From contig JAISEK010000076.1 of assembly GCA_031264145.1 (NCBI GenBank), forward strand, positions 7,843 to 71,842: DNA of 64,000 nucleotides, in the 5' to 3' direction. How positions within the stretch are numbered: the stretch's first letter is position 1; the number at the start of each line of letters is the position of its first letter. The notes below the pieces were generated by a model. The model was not told the origin of the DNA, ran no database searches, and saw only the letters and a program-made list of their open reading frames with translations. The translations under genes were made by a program, and so were the position numbers. Origin of the DNA: Deltaproteobacteria bacterium. GTDB taxonomy: Bacteria; Desulfobacterota; Desulfarculia; Adiutricales; Adiutricaceae. Shown piece by piece: positions 1-9,366 of the stretch.

Positions 1-1
1 C

Positions 2-220
2 CTGTTCCTGCTGTCCCTGATCGGCCTGGAGATAAGGCACGACCGGCTGGGCCGGGAGGTCTCGGGGCTGACCAGCCGGAAGGTGGCCCTGCTGGAGGAA
101 AACCGCCGCCAAAGGGCCGAGATGGCCCGGCTGACCGTGGTCGATGACCTGGAAAGGGTGGCCAGGGAGTCCCTGGGCCTGGTCAGCCCGGCCGAGGGAC
201 AGATAGTCATCATCCGCTGA
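2..220 (+). CDS. ftsL: cell division protein FtsL, C-terminal part (5' end outside window)
   Basis: Open frame from the window edge to TGA at 218-220. Translates to LFLLSLIGLEIRHDRLGREVSGLTSRKVALLEENRRQRAEMARLT...GQIVIIR, i.e. a TM end plus coiled coil. Lies directly upstream of ftsI as in dcw clusters. Confidence 0.6.
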   Translation: MFLLSLIGLEIRHDRLGREVSGLTSRKVALLEENRRQRAEMARLTVVDDLERVARESLGLVSPAEGQIVIIR

Positions 221-301
221 GGCCCGCCGCGGCGGGGCCGGAAGAGACCCGCCAGGGAGGCGGGGCCTGGGTAAGGGGCCACGGGGCGAGGAGCCAGAGA
301 G

Positions 302-2413
302 ATGCAGCTTCAAGGGTTACAGGAAAGGGCCAGGAACTCCCTCTACTTCATATTGGGCTGCTTCGTCTTCTGCTTCTTCTGCGTCATAGTCCAGGCGGTC
401 AGGCTCCAGATAGTCCACGTGGATGAGCTGGCCCGGCTGGGCAGCCAGTCGACCGTGAGGCGCTACAGCCTGGGCTCCATCAGGGGCGACATCTTCGACC
501 GCAACGGCACCAAGCTGGCCACCTCGGTGGCCGTGGACTCGGTCTTCGTCGACCGCCGGAGCCTGGCCGACGTCGGGGACGCCTTCGTGAGGCTCTGGAC
601 GGCCCTGGACATGGACTACGAGGACGTGGCCAGCTGGATGGAGAACCTCAGGCAGAGCGCCGACCTCAAGCGCCACCTGAGCCCGGCCGAGGCCGAGGCC
701 GTCAGGGCCCTGGGGATCAAGGGCGTGGGCCTGAGGAAGGAGTACCGGCGCGACTACCCCAACGGCAGCCTGGCCGCCCATTTCCTGGGCTTCGTGGCCA
801 AGGACGGCTACGGGCTGGAGGGCCTGGAGCTGGCCCTCAACGACATGCTGACCACCGCCCCCGACTCGGTCAGGGTCAGGCGGGACGGCCACGGCCAGAT
901 CATCATGGACCGGCCGGAGCAGATCCTGGACCAGCCCCAGGGGGCCTCGGTCGTGCTGACGCTGGACTCGCGGATCCAGAACATCGCCGAGAAGGCCATC
1001 TCCAGGGCCGTGGTCGAGCGCGGAGCCAAGAGCGGCATGGCCATGGTCGTGCGGCCCAGGACGGGCGAGATCCTGGCCTCGGCCGTCTACCCGACCTTCG
1101 ACCCCAACCGCTACTCCGAGTCCGAGATGGCCGACCGGAGGAACAAGGTCCTGACCGATCCCCTGGAGCCGGGCAGCACCTTCAAGGTCTTCACCGTGGC
1201 CGCGGCCCTGGAGGACCGCCTGGTCACCCCGGACTCGGTCTTCTTCTGCGAGAACGGCGTCTACCAGATCGACGCCTCCAACGTCATCCGAGACACCGGG
1301 AGCTACGGGGACCTGACGGTGAGCCAGATCGTCCAGAAGTCCTCCAACATCGGCGCCAGCAAGATAGGGGAGCGCCTGGCCGCCCAGCGCCTGCACGGCT
1401 ACCTGGCCAAGTTCGGCTTCGGCCAGAAGACGGGCCTGAGCTTCCCGGCCGGCGAGTCGGCCGGGCGCCTCAGGCCGCCCAACAAGTGGGTGGTCGTCGA
1501 CGCGGCCAACATAGCCTTCGGCCAGGGCCTCTCGGTCACGGCCCTGCAGCTCATAATGGCCGTCAGCTCGCTCTCCAACGACGGGATCCTGATGAGGCCG
1601 CACCTCGTCTCCAGGATCGTGGACGCCCGGGGCGAGGTCATCGATAGCCGGCCGCCCCAGATAGTCCGCCGCGCGGTCTCGCCCCTGGTCGCCAGGCAGG
1701 TCATGGCCATGATGCGCATGGCCGTGGAGAAGGGCGGCACCGGCTACCGGGCCGAGGTGCCCGGCTACCCTGTGTCCGGCAAGACCGGCACGGCCCAGAA
1801 GGTCTCCGACGGCGACAAGGGCTACTCCTCCGGCAAGTACGTGGCCTCGTTCGTCGGGGTCGCGCCCTACGACAACCCCGAGCTGTGCGTCCTGGTCATC
1901 CTGGACGAGCCCTGGCCGGCCTACTACGGCGGCGAGGTGGCCGCCCCGGTCTTCCGGGAGATCATGGGGCAGGCCCTGCCGCTCCTGGACGTCCCGGCCC
2001 ATGACAACGACGCCCCCCCGGCCTGGCCATCCCTGGACGACCAGGACCCGTCGATCCCGGGCCTCCTCACGGCCGCCAGGCCCTACCAGCTGCGGGTGGC
2101 CCTGCCCAAGGGCGACCAGGGCGACGGCCCGATCCCCTCCTACGGCGGCCCAGCTGGCGGCGAGCTGGTCTTCGACCGGCCCGAGCCCCTGGTGGCCCAG
2201 GGGGTGGCCCCGGTGGACCAGGGCGACGGGCCGGGCCTGATGCCCGACCTGGCCGGCCTCTCCAAGCGCGAGGTCTTCGAGCTGCTGGCCCCCTACGGGC
2301 TGCAGGTCGAGTACCATGGCAGCGGCCTGGCCGCCGAGCAGGAGCCCCTGATGGGCTCCAACGTGGCCCGGGGCCAGACGGCCAGGGTGCGCTTCGGGAC
2401 CCGCGGGCGATGA
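302..2413 (+). CDS. ftsI: peptidoglycan D,D-transpeptidase FtsI (class B PBP) with C-terminal PASTA-like domain
   Basis: 703 aa. N-terminal TM helix; SxxK (STFK), SxN (SSN) and KTG (KTGT) motifs. C-terminal PDLAGLSKREVFELL...GQTARVRFG resembles PASTA. Stop overlaps the murE start (ATGA). Confidence 0.9.
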   Translation: MQLQGLQERARNSLYFILGCFVFCFFCVIVQAVRLQIVHVDELARLGSQSTVRRYSLGSIRGDIFDRNGTKLATSVAVDSVFVDRRSLADVGDAFVRLWTALDMDYEDVASWMENLRQSADLKRHLSPAEAEAVRALGIKGVGLRKEYRRDYPNGSLAAHFLGFVAKDGYGLEGLELALNDMLTTAPDSVRVRRDGHGQIIMDRPEQILDQPQGASVVLTLDSRIQNIAEKAISRAVVERGAKSGMAMVVRPRTGEILASAVYPTFDPNRYSESEMADRRNKVLTDPLEPGSTFKVFTVAAALEDRLVTPDSVFFCENGVYQIDASNVIRDTGSYGDLTVSQIVQKSSNIGASKIGERLAAQRLHGYLAKFGFGQKTGLSFPAGESAGRLRPPNKWVVVDAANIAFGQGLSVTALQLIMAVSSLSNDGILMRPHLVSRIVDARGEVIDSRPPQIVRRAVSPLVARQVMAMMRMAVEKGGTGYRAEVPGYPVSGKTGTAQKVSDGDKGYSSGKYVASFVGVAPYDNPELCVLVILDEPWPAYYGGEVAAPVFREIMGQALPLLDVPAHDNDAPPAWPSLDDQDPSIPGLLTAARPYQLRVALPKGDQGDGPIPSYGGPAGGELVFDRPEPLVAQGVAPVDQGDGPGLMPDLAGLSKREVFELLAPYGLQVEYHGSGLAAEQEPLMGSNVARGQTARVRFGTRGR

Positions 2414-3927
2414 GGCTCTCCGGGCTGGCCAGGGGCCTGGGCCTCGAGGTCCTGGGGGACGGCGACCCGGAGATCCTGGACCTCAGCGAGGACAGCCGCG
2501 AGGTCGGGCCTGGCTGGCTGTTCGCGGCCCTGAGCGGCGCCCGGGACGACGGGCGGGCCTTCATCCCCGGGGCCAGGGCGGCCGGCGCGGTGGCCCTGAT
2601 GGCCCAGGGGGCGGCCGGCGATCTCCCGCGGCATGGCCTCCCGGCGATCCTGGTCCCCGGGGGGGACATCAGGCGGGTCCTCAGCCGGGCCGCCCGGCTG
2701 GTCCACGGGAAGCCCGACGAGGGTCTCCTGACGATCGGCCTGACCGGCACGAACGGGAAGACCACCATCTCCTACCTCCTGGAGGACATGCTGGCGGGGG
2801 CCGGGATCCCCTGCGGGGTCATCGGCACGGTGGACTACCGCTGGGGCGGCCGCGCCCTGCCCGCCCCCAACACCACGCCCGAGGGGCCCCTCCTGTGGCG
2901 GACCCTCCGGCGGATGCTCGACGGGGGGATGCGGGCCGTGGTCATGGAGGTCTCCTCCCACGCCCTTGAGCTGGGCCGCCTGGGCGAGCTGGGCTTCGAC
3001 GCGGCCCTCTTCTCCAACCTCTCCCGGGACCACCTGGACTTCCATCCCGGCCTGGAGGAATACTACCTGGCCAAGCGCCGGCTCTTTCTCGAGAGGCTCC
3101 GGCCCGGGGCCAGGGGGGCGGCGGCCTGCTCCGACGACCCCTTCGGCCGCAGGCTCCTCGGGGAGCTGGCCGGGCCGGGGAGCCCCAGGAGCCTGGGCTA
3201 CGGCCTGGGGCCCGGGGCCGACGTGGGGGCCAGGGACCTCAGGCTGGGGCGCGGAGGCCTCGAGATGACCGCGACGCTCGGGAGGGCCCCGGCGCGGGTG
3301 ACGTCGCCCCTCCTGGGGACCTTCAACGCCCAGAACATCCTGGGGGCCCTGGCGGTGGCCGAGCTGATCGGCGTCGATTTCGCCGGGCCGGCGGGGGAGG
3401 CCCTGTGCCGCTCCCGGGGGGCCCCGGGCCGCCTGGAGAGGGTGGGCTCGAACGGGGACTTCCTGGTCCTGGTCGACTACGCCCACACCCCCGGGGCCCT
3501 GGCCGCCGCCCTGGGGTCGCTCCGGGACCTGGCCCCGGGGAGGCTGGTCTGCCTCTTCGGCTGCGGCGGGGACCGGGACAGGGGCAAGCGCCCCCTGATG
3601 GCCAGGGAGGCCGGCCGGCTCGCCGACCTGGTGGTCCTGACCTCCGACAACCCCAGGCAGGAGGACCCGATGGCCATCATCGGGGACGCCGAGGCCGGCC
3701 TCGGGGGCCTGCGGGCCAGGGGGGACGGGCGGGGGCCGGGGACCTACCTGGTCGAGCCGGACCGGGGCCGGGCCATCCGGGCCGCCTGCGCCCTGATGGA
3801 CGAGGGCGACATCCTCCTGATAGCCGGCAAGGGGCACGAGGACTACCAGATAGTGGGGACCGAGAAGAGACATTTCGACGACCGCGAGGAGGCCCTGGCC
3901 GCCCTGCGCGGCCTGGGCCGGGCCTAG
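2410..3927 (+). CDS. murE: UDP-N-acetylmuramoyl-L-alanyl-D-glutamate--2,6-diaminopimelate ligase
   Basis: Mur ligase P-loop GLTGTNGKTT. DNPR motif (LTSDNPRQEDP), typical of meso-DAP-adding MurE. Expected dcw position. Confidence 0.92.
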   Translation: MRLSGLARGLGLEVLGDGDPEILDLSEDSREVGPGWLFAALSGARDDGRAFIPGARAAGAVALMAQGAAGDLPRHGLPAILVPGGDIRRVLSRAARLVHGKPDEGLLTIGLTGTNGKTTISYLLEDMLAGAGIPCGVIGTVDYRWGGRALPAPNTTPEGPLLWRTLRRMLDGGMRAVVMEVSSHALELGRLGELGFDAALFSNLSRDHLDFHPGLEEYYLAKRRLFLERLRPGARGAAACSDDPFGRRLLGELAGPGSPRSLGYGLGPGADVGARDLRLGRGGLEMTATLGRAPARVTSPLLGTFNAQNILGALAVAELIGVDFAGPAGEALCRSRGAPGRLERVGSNGDFLVLVDYAHTPGALAAALGSLRDLAPGRLVCLFGCGGDRDRGKRPLMAREAGRLADLVVLTSDNPRQEDPMAIIGDAEAGLGGLRARGDGRGPGTYLVEPDRGRAIRAACALMDEGDILLIAGKGHEDYQIVGTEKRHFDDREEALAALRGLGRA

Positions 3928-3930
3928 GCC

Positions 3931-5439
3931 ATGGGCGGGGACGACGGCGGCGGCCGGCTGGCCAGCGGGCCGGGCCTGGCCAGCCTGGGGCTCCGGCTGG
4001 CCGAGGTGGCCGCCTTCCTCCGGGGGGCCGCGGCCGGGCCGGAGGGCCCCCCGGTGGGGTCCGTGGCCACCGACAGCCGCCTGGCCGGCCCGGGCGCTGT
4101 CTTCGTGGCCCTCCGGGGAGAGCGGCTCGACGGGCACGACTTCGTGCCCGCGGCCCTGGACGGGGGGGCCCTGGCCGCCGTGGTCCGGGAGGGCTTCCGG
4201 GGGCCGGCGGACGAGGGGCGGCTCATCAGGGTCCCCGACACCCTGGCCGCCCTGGGGCTCCTGGCCCGGGCCGTGAGGGACAGGGTCGGGGCCAGGGTGG
4301 TGGCCGTGACCGGCTCGGTCGGGAAGACCACCGTCAAGGAGCTCCTGGGGGCCATCCTCAGGCAGGAATGCCCGGCCGGCGCGCTTGTGCTGAGCCCCGG
4401 GAACTTCAACAACCAGGTCGGCCTGCCCCTGACCCTCCTCTCCCAGGGGGCGGGCACCACGACGGTGGTGGCCGAGCTGGGGGCCAGCGGCTTCGGGGAG
4501 ATAGCGGCCCTGGCCCGGATGGCCAGGCCCGACGTGGGCCTGGTGACGGTGGCCGGCCAGGCCCACCTGGAGTCCTTCGGCTCGGTCGAGGGCGTGGCCC
4601 GGGCCAAGGGCGAGCTCTACGCGGCCCTGGGGCCGGGGGCCGTGGCCGTGGTCAACGCCGGCGACGGCCCCATGATGGCCCAGGCGGCGGACCTGGCCGC
4701 GGGGAAGACCTATTTTGGCCTGGCCGGGACCCTGGCCGCGGCCGGCCTCCTGGACCAGGGGGTGGCCCTGGCCGGGCGCCGGGACCTGGGCGCCGGGGGC
4801 CAGGAGCTGGCCCTCCGCCTGCCGGGGGGCCAGACCGTGGAGACCCTCCTCAGGCTGCCCGGGGAACACAACGCCCTGAACGCGGCGGCGGCCGCGGCGG
4901 CGGCCCTGGCCGCCGGGGCCCCGGCCCTGGCCATCGGGCCGGGGCTGGCCTCGGCCCGTCCCGTCCCCGGGCGGCTCAGGATGCTCAGGGGCCGGGGGGG
5001 CCGGAGCCTGATCGACGACAGCTACAACGCCAACCCCACCTCCGTGGCCGCGGCGCTGGCCTTCCTGGGCTCCCTCCCGGGCTTCGCCGCCCGCGGGGCC
5101 ATCCTGGGCGACATGCTGGAGCTGGGCGGCGGGAGCGGGGAGAGGCACTTCGAGGCGGGGCTCATGGCCGCCAGGGCCGGGCTGTCCTGGCTGGCCCTGG
5201 TCGGCGACCAGGCCGGGCAGGTGGCCCGGGGGGCCCTCGCCGGGGGGCTGGGGCCGGAGGGCCTGGCCGTCTTCGGGACCCCGGCCGAGGCGGCCGCCTG
5301 GGTGGACCGGGTGGCCCCGGGGGGCTCGGTGACGCTGGTCAAGGGCTCCCGGGCCATCGGCCTGGAGCGGGCCGTCCGGGAGCTGGCCGAGGAGGGCCCT
5401 GAGGGCCAGGGCGCAGGGGCGGGGAAACCGCATTTTTAG
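3931..5439 (+). CDS. murF: UDP-N-acetylmuramoyl-tripeptide--D-alanyl-D-alanine ligase
   Basis: Mur ligase with VTGSVGKTT P-loop. Lies between murE and mraY. Confidence 0.9.
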   Translation: MGGDDGGGRLASGPGLASLGLRLAEVAAFLRGAAAGPEGPPVGSVATDSRLAGPGAVFVALRGERLDGHDFVPAALDGGALAAVVREGFRGPADEGRLIRVPDTLAALGLLARAVRDRVGARVVAVTGSVGKTTVKELLGAILRQECPAGALVLSPGNFNNQVGLPLTLLSQGAGTTTVVAELGASGFGEIAALARMARPDVGLVTVAGQAHLESFGSVEGVARAKGELYAALGPGAVAVVNAGDGPMMAQAADLAAGKTYFGLAGTLAAAGLLDQGVALAGRRDLGAGGQELALRLPGGQTVETLLRLPGEHNALNAAAAAAAALAAGAPALAIGPGLASARPVPGRLRMLRGRGGRSLIDDSYNANPTSVAAALAFLGSLPGFAARGAILGDMLELGGGSGERHFEAGLMAARAGLSWLALVGDQAGQVARGALAGGLGPEGLAVFGTPAEAAAWVDRVAPGGSVTLVKGSRAIGLERAVRELAEEGPEGQGAGAGKPHF

Positions 5440-5467
5440 TCCCACAGGGAGGGCGGATTCGGAAAGG

Positions 5468-6547
5468 ATGCTGTACAAACTTCTGCTCAGCCTGTCGGAC
5501 CAGGCGAGCTTCTTCAACGTCTTCAGGTACATTACCTTCAGGATCATCCTGGCGGCCCTGACCTCCATGGTCCTGTGGCTGGCCCTGGGGCGCGTCTTCA
5601 TCGAGCGGATCAAGGGCTACCACATAAGGCAGTTCATCCGCGCCGACGGGCCGGCCGGCCACCACAAGAAGAGCGGCACCCCGACCATGGGCGGGGTCAT
5701 GCTCATAGCCTCGGCCTTCGTCTCCTGCCTCCTGTGGGCCGACGTGGGCTCCCCCCTGGTCCACCTGGTCTGGGAGGTCATCTTCCTCTTCGCCCTGATA
5801 GGCTTCCACGACGACTTCCTCAAGGTCAAGAGGCGCCGCAACGAGGGCCTGACCGGGCGCCAGAAGCTGGCCCTCCAGACCCTCTTCGGGCTGGTGGCCG
5901 GGTGGGCCCTGTTCCTGTCGCCGGCCTTCGCGCCCGTCCTGACCATCCCGGGCCTCAAGGACATCTCCATAGACCTGGGCCGTCTGTACGTGCCCTTCGC
6001 GGCCCTCGTGCTGGTGGCCAGCTCCAACAGCTGCAACCTGACCGACGGCCTCGACGGGCTGGCCATCGGGCCCATCATCATGGCCTGCGGGACCTACATG
6101 ATCTTCGCCTACTGCGTCGGGAACGTGGTCATCTCCAGGCACCTCCAGCTCTCCAGCGTCCCCGGCTCGGCCGAGCTGGCGGTCATCCTGGCCTCCCTCA
6201 TCGGGGCCGGCCTGGGCTTCCTCTGGTTCAACACCTACCCGGCCCAGATCTTCCTGGGGGACGTGGGCTCCCTCTCCCTGGGGGCGGCCCTGGGCCTCTC
6301 GGCCCTGGTGGTCAAGCAGGAGATCCTCCTCCTGCTGGTGGGCGGGATCTTCGTCATCGAGGCCCTCTCGGTCATCATGCAGGTCGGCTTCTTCAAGGCC
6401 ACCAAGGGGCGAAGGATCTTCAAGATGGCGCCGCTGCACCACCATTTCGAGCTCAAGGGCTGGGAAGAGCCCAAGATAATCGTCCGGTTCTGGATAATCG
6501 CCATCATCCTGAGCCTGGCCGGCCTTTCCACCCTTAAGCTGCGCTAG
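5468..6547 (+). CDS. mraY: phospho-N-acetylmuramoyl-pentapeptide transferase
   Basis: 359 aa polytopic membrane protein. Motifs NLTDGLDGLA and PLHHHFELKGW. RBS GGAAAGG upstream. Confidence 0.95.
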   Translation: MLYKLLLSLSDQASFFNVFRYITFRIILAALTSMVLWLALGRVFIERIKGYHIRQFIRADGPAGHHKKSGTPTMGGVMLIASAFVSCLLWADVGSPLVHLVWEVIFLFALIGFHDDFLKVKRRRNEGLTGRQKLALQTLFGLVAGWALFLSPAFAPVLTIPGLKDISIDLGRLYVPFAALVLVASSNSCNLTDGLDGLAIGPIIMACGTYMIFAYCVGNVVISRHLQLSSVPGSAELAVILASLIGAGLGFLWFNTYPAQIFLGDVGSLSLGAALGLSALVVKQEILLLLVGGIFVIEALSVIMQVGFFKATKGRRIFKMAPLHHHFELKGWEEPKIIVRFWIIAIILSLAGLSTLKLR

Positions 6548-6553
6548 GAGGGG

Positions 6554-8149
6554 ATGGCATTGAAACCACGCCGTCGCACGGACGCGGCCCCGCCCGGGCC
6601 GAGACAGGGGACCCCGGGGCCCGCGGCCGCCCTGGAGAGGGGCCGCCAGGCCCAGCCGGCCGAACAGCTCCTGGGCCGGGTCGGCCACCTGGAGGTGGGC
6701 GCGGTGAGCCAGAACTGGCCCAAGCCCAAGGGCCCGGCCCGCAAGGCCCTGGTCATGGGCCTGGGGCTCTCGGGCCTGGCCGCGGCCAGGCTCCTGGTCA
6801 GGCTGGGCTTCGAGGTCATCGCCTCGGAGCGCCGCCGGGCCTGCGAGCTGGGCCCCGAGGCCCTGGAGATGGACGCCCTGGGGGTCAACCTCATCGACGA
6901 GGAGAGGGCCTTCGGCCTCATCATGCTGGGCTACGGGGGAGGCCCCGACCTGGTGGTCCCCTCGCCGGGCATCCCCGTCGACCACCCCCTTCTGGCCATG
7001 GCCAGGGAGAAGAAGGTGGAGGTGGCCGGGGAGATGGAGCTGGCCTCCCGCCACGTGCCGCTCCCCATCCTGGCCGTGACCGGCTCCAACGGCAAGACCA
7101 CCGTCACCTCCCTGGTCGGGCACATCCTCTCCAGGGCGGCGGTCCCGGCCTTCGTCGGCGGGAACATCGGCCGGCCGCTGTCGCTCCTGGCCCTCGATTA
7201 CCTCAATGACGGCCTGGGCGACCTGAGGTACGCCGTCCTGGAGGTCTCGAGCTTCCAGCTGGAGACGGTCTCCAGGTTCATGGCCCGGGCCGCGGCCTTC
7301 CTGAACCTCTCCCCGGACCACCTGGACCGCCATGGGGACATGGGCGGCTACCTCGCGGCCAAGAGGAGGATCTTCGACCGCCAGGGGCCGGGCGAGACGG
7401 CCGTCCTGAACCTCGACGATCCCCTGGTCAGGGACCTGGCCCCCGATTCCCGGCGCTTCTGCTTCTCCCGGTCCGTGAGGCCCGACTTCGGGGCCTATCT
7501 GGCCGACGGCGAGATCAGGGTGGTCGAGGGCGGGGCGACCCTGGCCGCCAGGCCCTGGTCCGACTTCAGGCTCGCCGGGGCCCACAACGCCGACAACGTC
7601 ATGGCCGCCGCCGGGCTCTGCCTGGCCGCCGGGGTGGACCCGGCCCTGGCCCTGGCCGCGGCCACCTCCTTCAGCCCCTCCGACCACCGCCTCCAGGAGG
7701 TCGGGACCTACGGCGGGGTGACCTTCGTCGACGACTCCAAGGGCACCAACGTCGGGGCCGTGGCCAGCGCCATCGAGAGCCTCGGGCGGCCCGTCATCCT
7801 CATCATGGGCGGCCGGGACAAGGGCCTGGATTTCGGCCTCCTGGCCCCCCTCGTGAGAAGGTCCGTCAAGCGCCTCATCGTCATGGGCGAGTGCCGGGAC
7901 AAGATCCACGCGGCCCTTTCGGGCGAGACCGAGACCGTGCGGGCCGAGGGCCTGCCCGAGGCCGTGGCCGCTGCCATCGGGGCGGCCGCCCCCGGCGACG
8001 CGGTCCTCCTGAGCCCGGGCTGCGCCAGCTTCGACCAGTTCCGGGACTACCGGCACCGGGGCGAGGCCTTCGCCAGCGAGGTCAGGAGGCAGGCCCCGGC
8101 CCTGGAGGGGCCCGGCGGCAACGGCCGGGGCCCCGGGGGAGGGAGCTAG
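6554..8149 (+). CDS. murD: UDP-N-acetylmuramoylalanine--D-glutamate ligase with ~65 aa N-terminal extension
   Basis: Core starts KALVMGLGLSGLAAARLL (Rossmann). VTGSNGKTT P-loop. A strong RBS AGGAGGGG sits before ATG 6554, so the Pro/Ala/Arg-rich extension is probably translated. Confidence 0.88.
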   Translation: MALKPRRRTDAAPPGPRQGTPGPAAALERGRQAQPAEQLLGRVGHLEVGAVSQNWPKPKGPARKALVMGLGLSGLAAARLLVRLGFEVIASERRRACELGPEALEMDALGVNLIDEERAFGLIMLGYGGGPDLVVPSPGIPVDHPLLAMAREKKVEVAGEMELASRHVPLPILAVTGSNGKTTVTSLVGHILSRAAVPAFVGGNIGRPLSLLALDYLNDGLGDLRYAVLEVSSFQLETVSRFMARAAAFLNLSPDHLDRHGDMGGYLAAKRRIFDRQGPGETAVLNLDDPLVRDLAPDSRRFCFSRSVRPDFGAYLADGEIRVVEGGATLAARPWSDFRLAGAHNADNVMAAAGLCLAAGVDPALALAAATSFSPSDHRLQEVGTYGGVTFVDDSKGTNVGAVASAIESLGRPVILIMGGRDKGLDFGLLAPLVRRSVKRLIVMGECRDKIHAALSGETETVRAEGLPEAVAAAIGAAAPGDAVLLSPGCASFDQFRDYRHRGEAFASEVRRQAPALEGPGGNGRGPGGGS

Positions 8150-8151
8150 CC

Positions 8152-9366
8152 ATGGCCGGCGAGGAAAGGGCGGCCCCGGCGGCCGCCGCCGGATCGGGGA
8201 GGGCGGCCGGGCGGCCGGGCCTGCTGAGGTCGGTGGACACGCACATGCTGGCCATCTTCATCCTCCTGCTGGGCCTGGGGACGACCACGCTCCTCTCGGC
8301 CAGCTACGCGCTGGGCAACTTCGAGGTCAACGACCCCTACCACTACTACTACGAGCAGCTCTGGCACCTCCTGGTGGGGCTCGGGGTCGCGGCCGGCCTC
8401 TTCCTGGTCCCCTACTGGGTCTGGATCCGCTACGCCTGGCTCTGGGGGCTGGTGGCCGTCGGGGTGCTCGTCATCATGCTGATCCCCGGGGTGGCCAGGG
8501 AGGTCAAGGGCGCCAGCCGCTGGCTGGCCTTCATCCCCTTCCAGCCGTCGGAGGCGGCCAAGCTGGCCGTGGCCATCGTCCTGGCCCGCTACTTCAGCTT
8601 CTACGGCGAGCTGTCGAGGCGGTTCTGGTACGGGGTGGGCGCGCCGCTCCTGATCATGGTCATCTTCGGCGGCCTCATCGTGGCCGAGCGGGACCTGGGC
8701 GGGGCCGTGGTCATCGGGATCATCGTCGTCCTGATGATGGTGGCCGGCGGGGTCAGGACGGCCCACCTGGCCTGCCTGAGCCCCCTGGTCCTGGTGGTCA
8801 ACGAGCTGGTGGCCACCTTCGGCTACCGGATTAGCCGGATAACCTCCTGGGACGACCCCTGGCAGGACCCGACGAAGACCGGCTACAACATCATCCATTC
8901 CTTCTACGCCTTCGCCTCCGGCGGCTGGCACGGGGTCTGGCCGGGCAACGGCCAGCAGAAGATGTTCTTCCTGCCCGAGTCGCACACCGACTACATCTTC
9001 GCCGTCGTGGGCGAGGAGATGGGGCTCGTCGGGGTGTGCGCGGTGAGCCTCCTTTTCCTGGCCCTGGCCTGGCGGGGGATGATGACGGCCAGGTCGGCCA
9101 AGACCGTGAGCGGCTTCCACCTGGCCCTCGGCATGACCCTGTGCGTCGTCGTCCCGGCCTTCATCAACATGTGCGTGGCCCTCTCCATCATCCCGGCCAA
9201 GGGGCTGCCGCTGCCGTTCTTCAGCTACGGCGGCTCCAGCATGGTCGTCTCCTGCGCGGCCATGGGCATCATCCTGGGCGTCTACAGCCAGAGCCTTAGG
9301 GACACCGGCAACGCCTACGTCAAGGCGGCCCCCGCGAGGCCCAGGGCCGGGGCGGCGGCCAGGTGA
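8152..9366 (+). CDS. ftsW: SEDS-family peptidoglycan glycosyltransferase FtsW
   Basis: ATG 8152 lies just after the murD stop, in frame with the longer ORF 7891..9366. Polytopic; motifs PESHTDYIFAVVGEEMG and GLPLPFFSYGGSS. Confidence 0.9.
   Translation: MAGEERAAPAAAAGSGRAAGRPGLLRSVDTHMLAIFILLLGLGTTTLLSASYALGNFEVNDPYHYYYEQLWHLLVGLGVAAGLFLVPYWVWIRYAWLWGLVAVGVLVIMLIPGVAREVKGASRWLAFIPFQPSEAAKLAVAIVLARYFSFYGELSRRFWYGVGAPLLIMVIFGGLIVAERDLGGAVVIGIIVVLMMVAGGVRTAHLACLSPLVLVVNELVATFGYRISRITSWDDPWQDPTKTGYNIIHSFYAFASGGWHGVWPGNGQQKMFFLPESHTDYIFAVVGEEMGLVGVCAVSLLFLALAWRGMMTARSAKTVSGFHLALGMTLCVVVPAFINMCVALSIIPAKGLPLPFFSYGGSSMVVSCAAMGIILGVYSQSLRDTGNAYVKAAPARPRAGAAAR

Noticed and set aside
3405-5402. 665-aa same-strand ORF overlapping murE/murF in another frame (RGRG/PGPG-rich); likewise 5575..6537, 15803..16564, 22598..23230 and 23716..24297
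   Set aside because: These are out-of-frame readings of conserved genes with no recognisable motifs and biased composition. The real genes explain the sequence.
2293-5613. 1106-aa ORF on the minus strand, and similar giants at 317..2317, 5339..8056, 9315..11030, 10444..11703, 15975..18878, 25617..27032 and 52273..53460
   Set aside because: They run antisense to well-supported conserved genes. Their products are dominated by Gly/Pro/Arg/Ala low-complexity sequence. This is the classic stop-codon-poor artefact of very GC-rich DNA.
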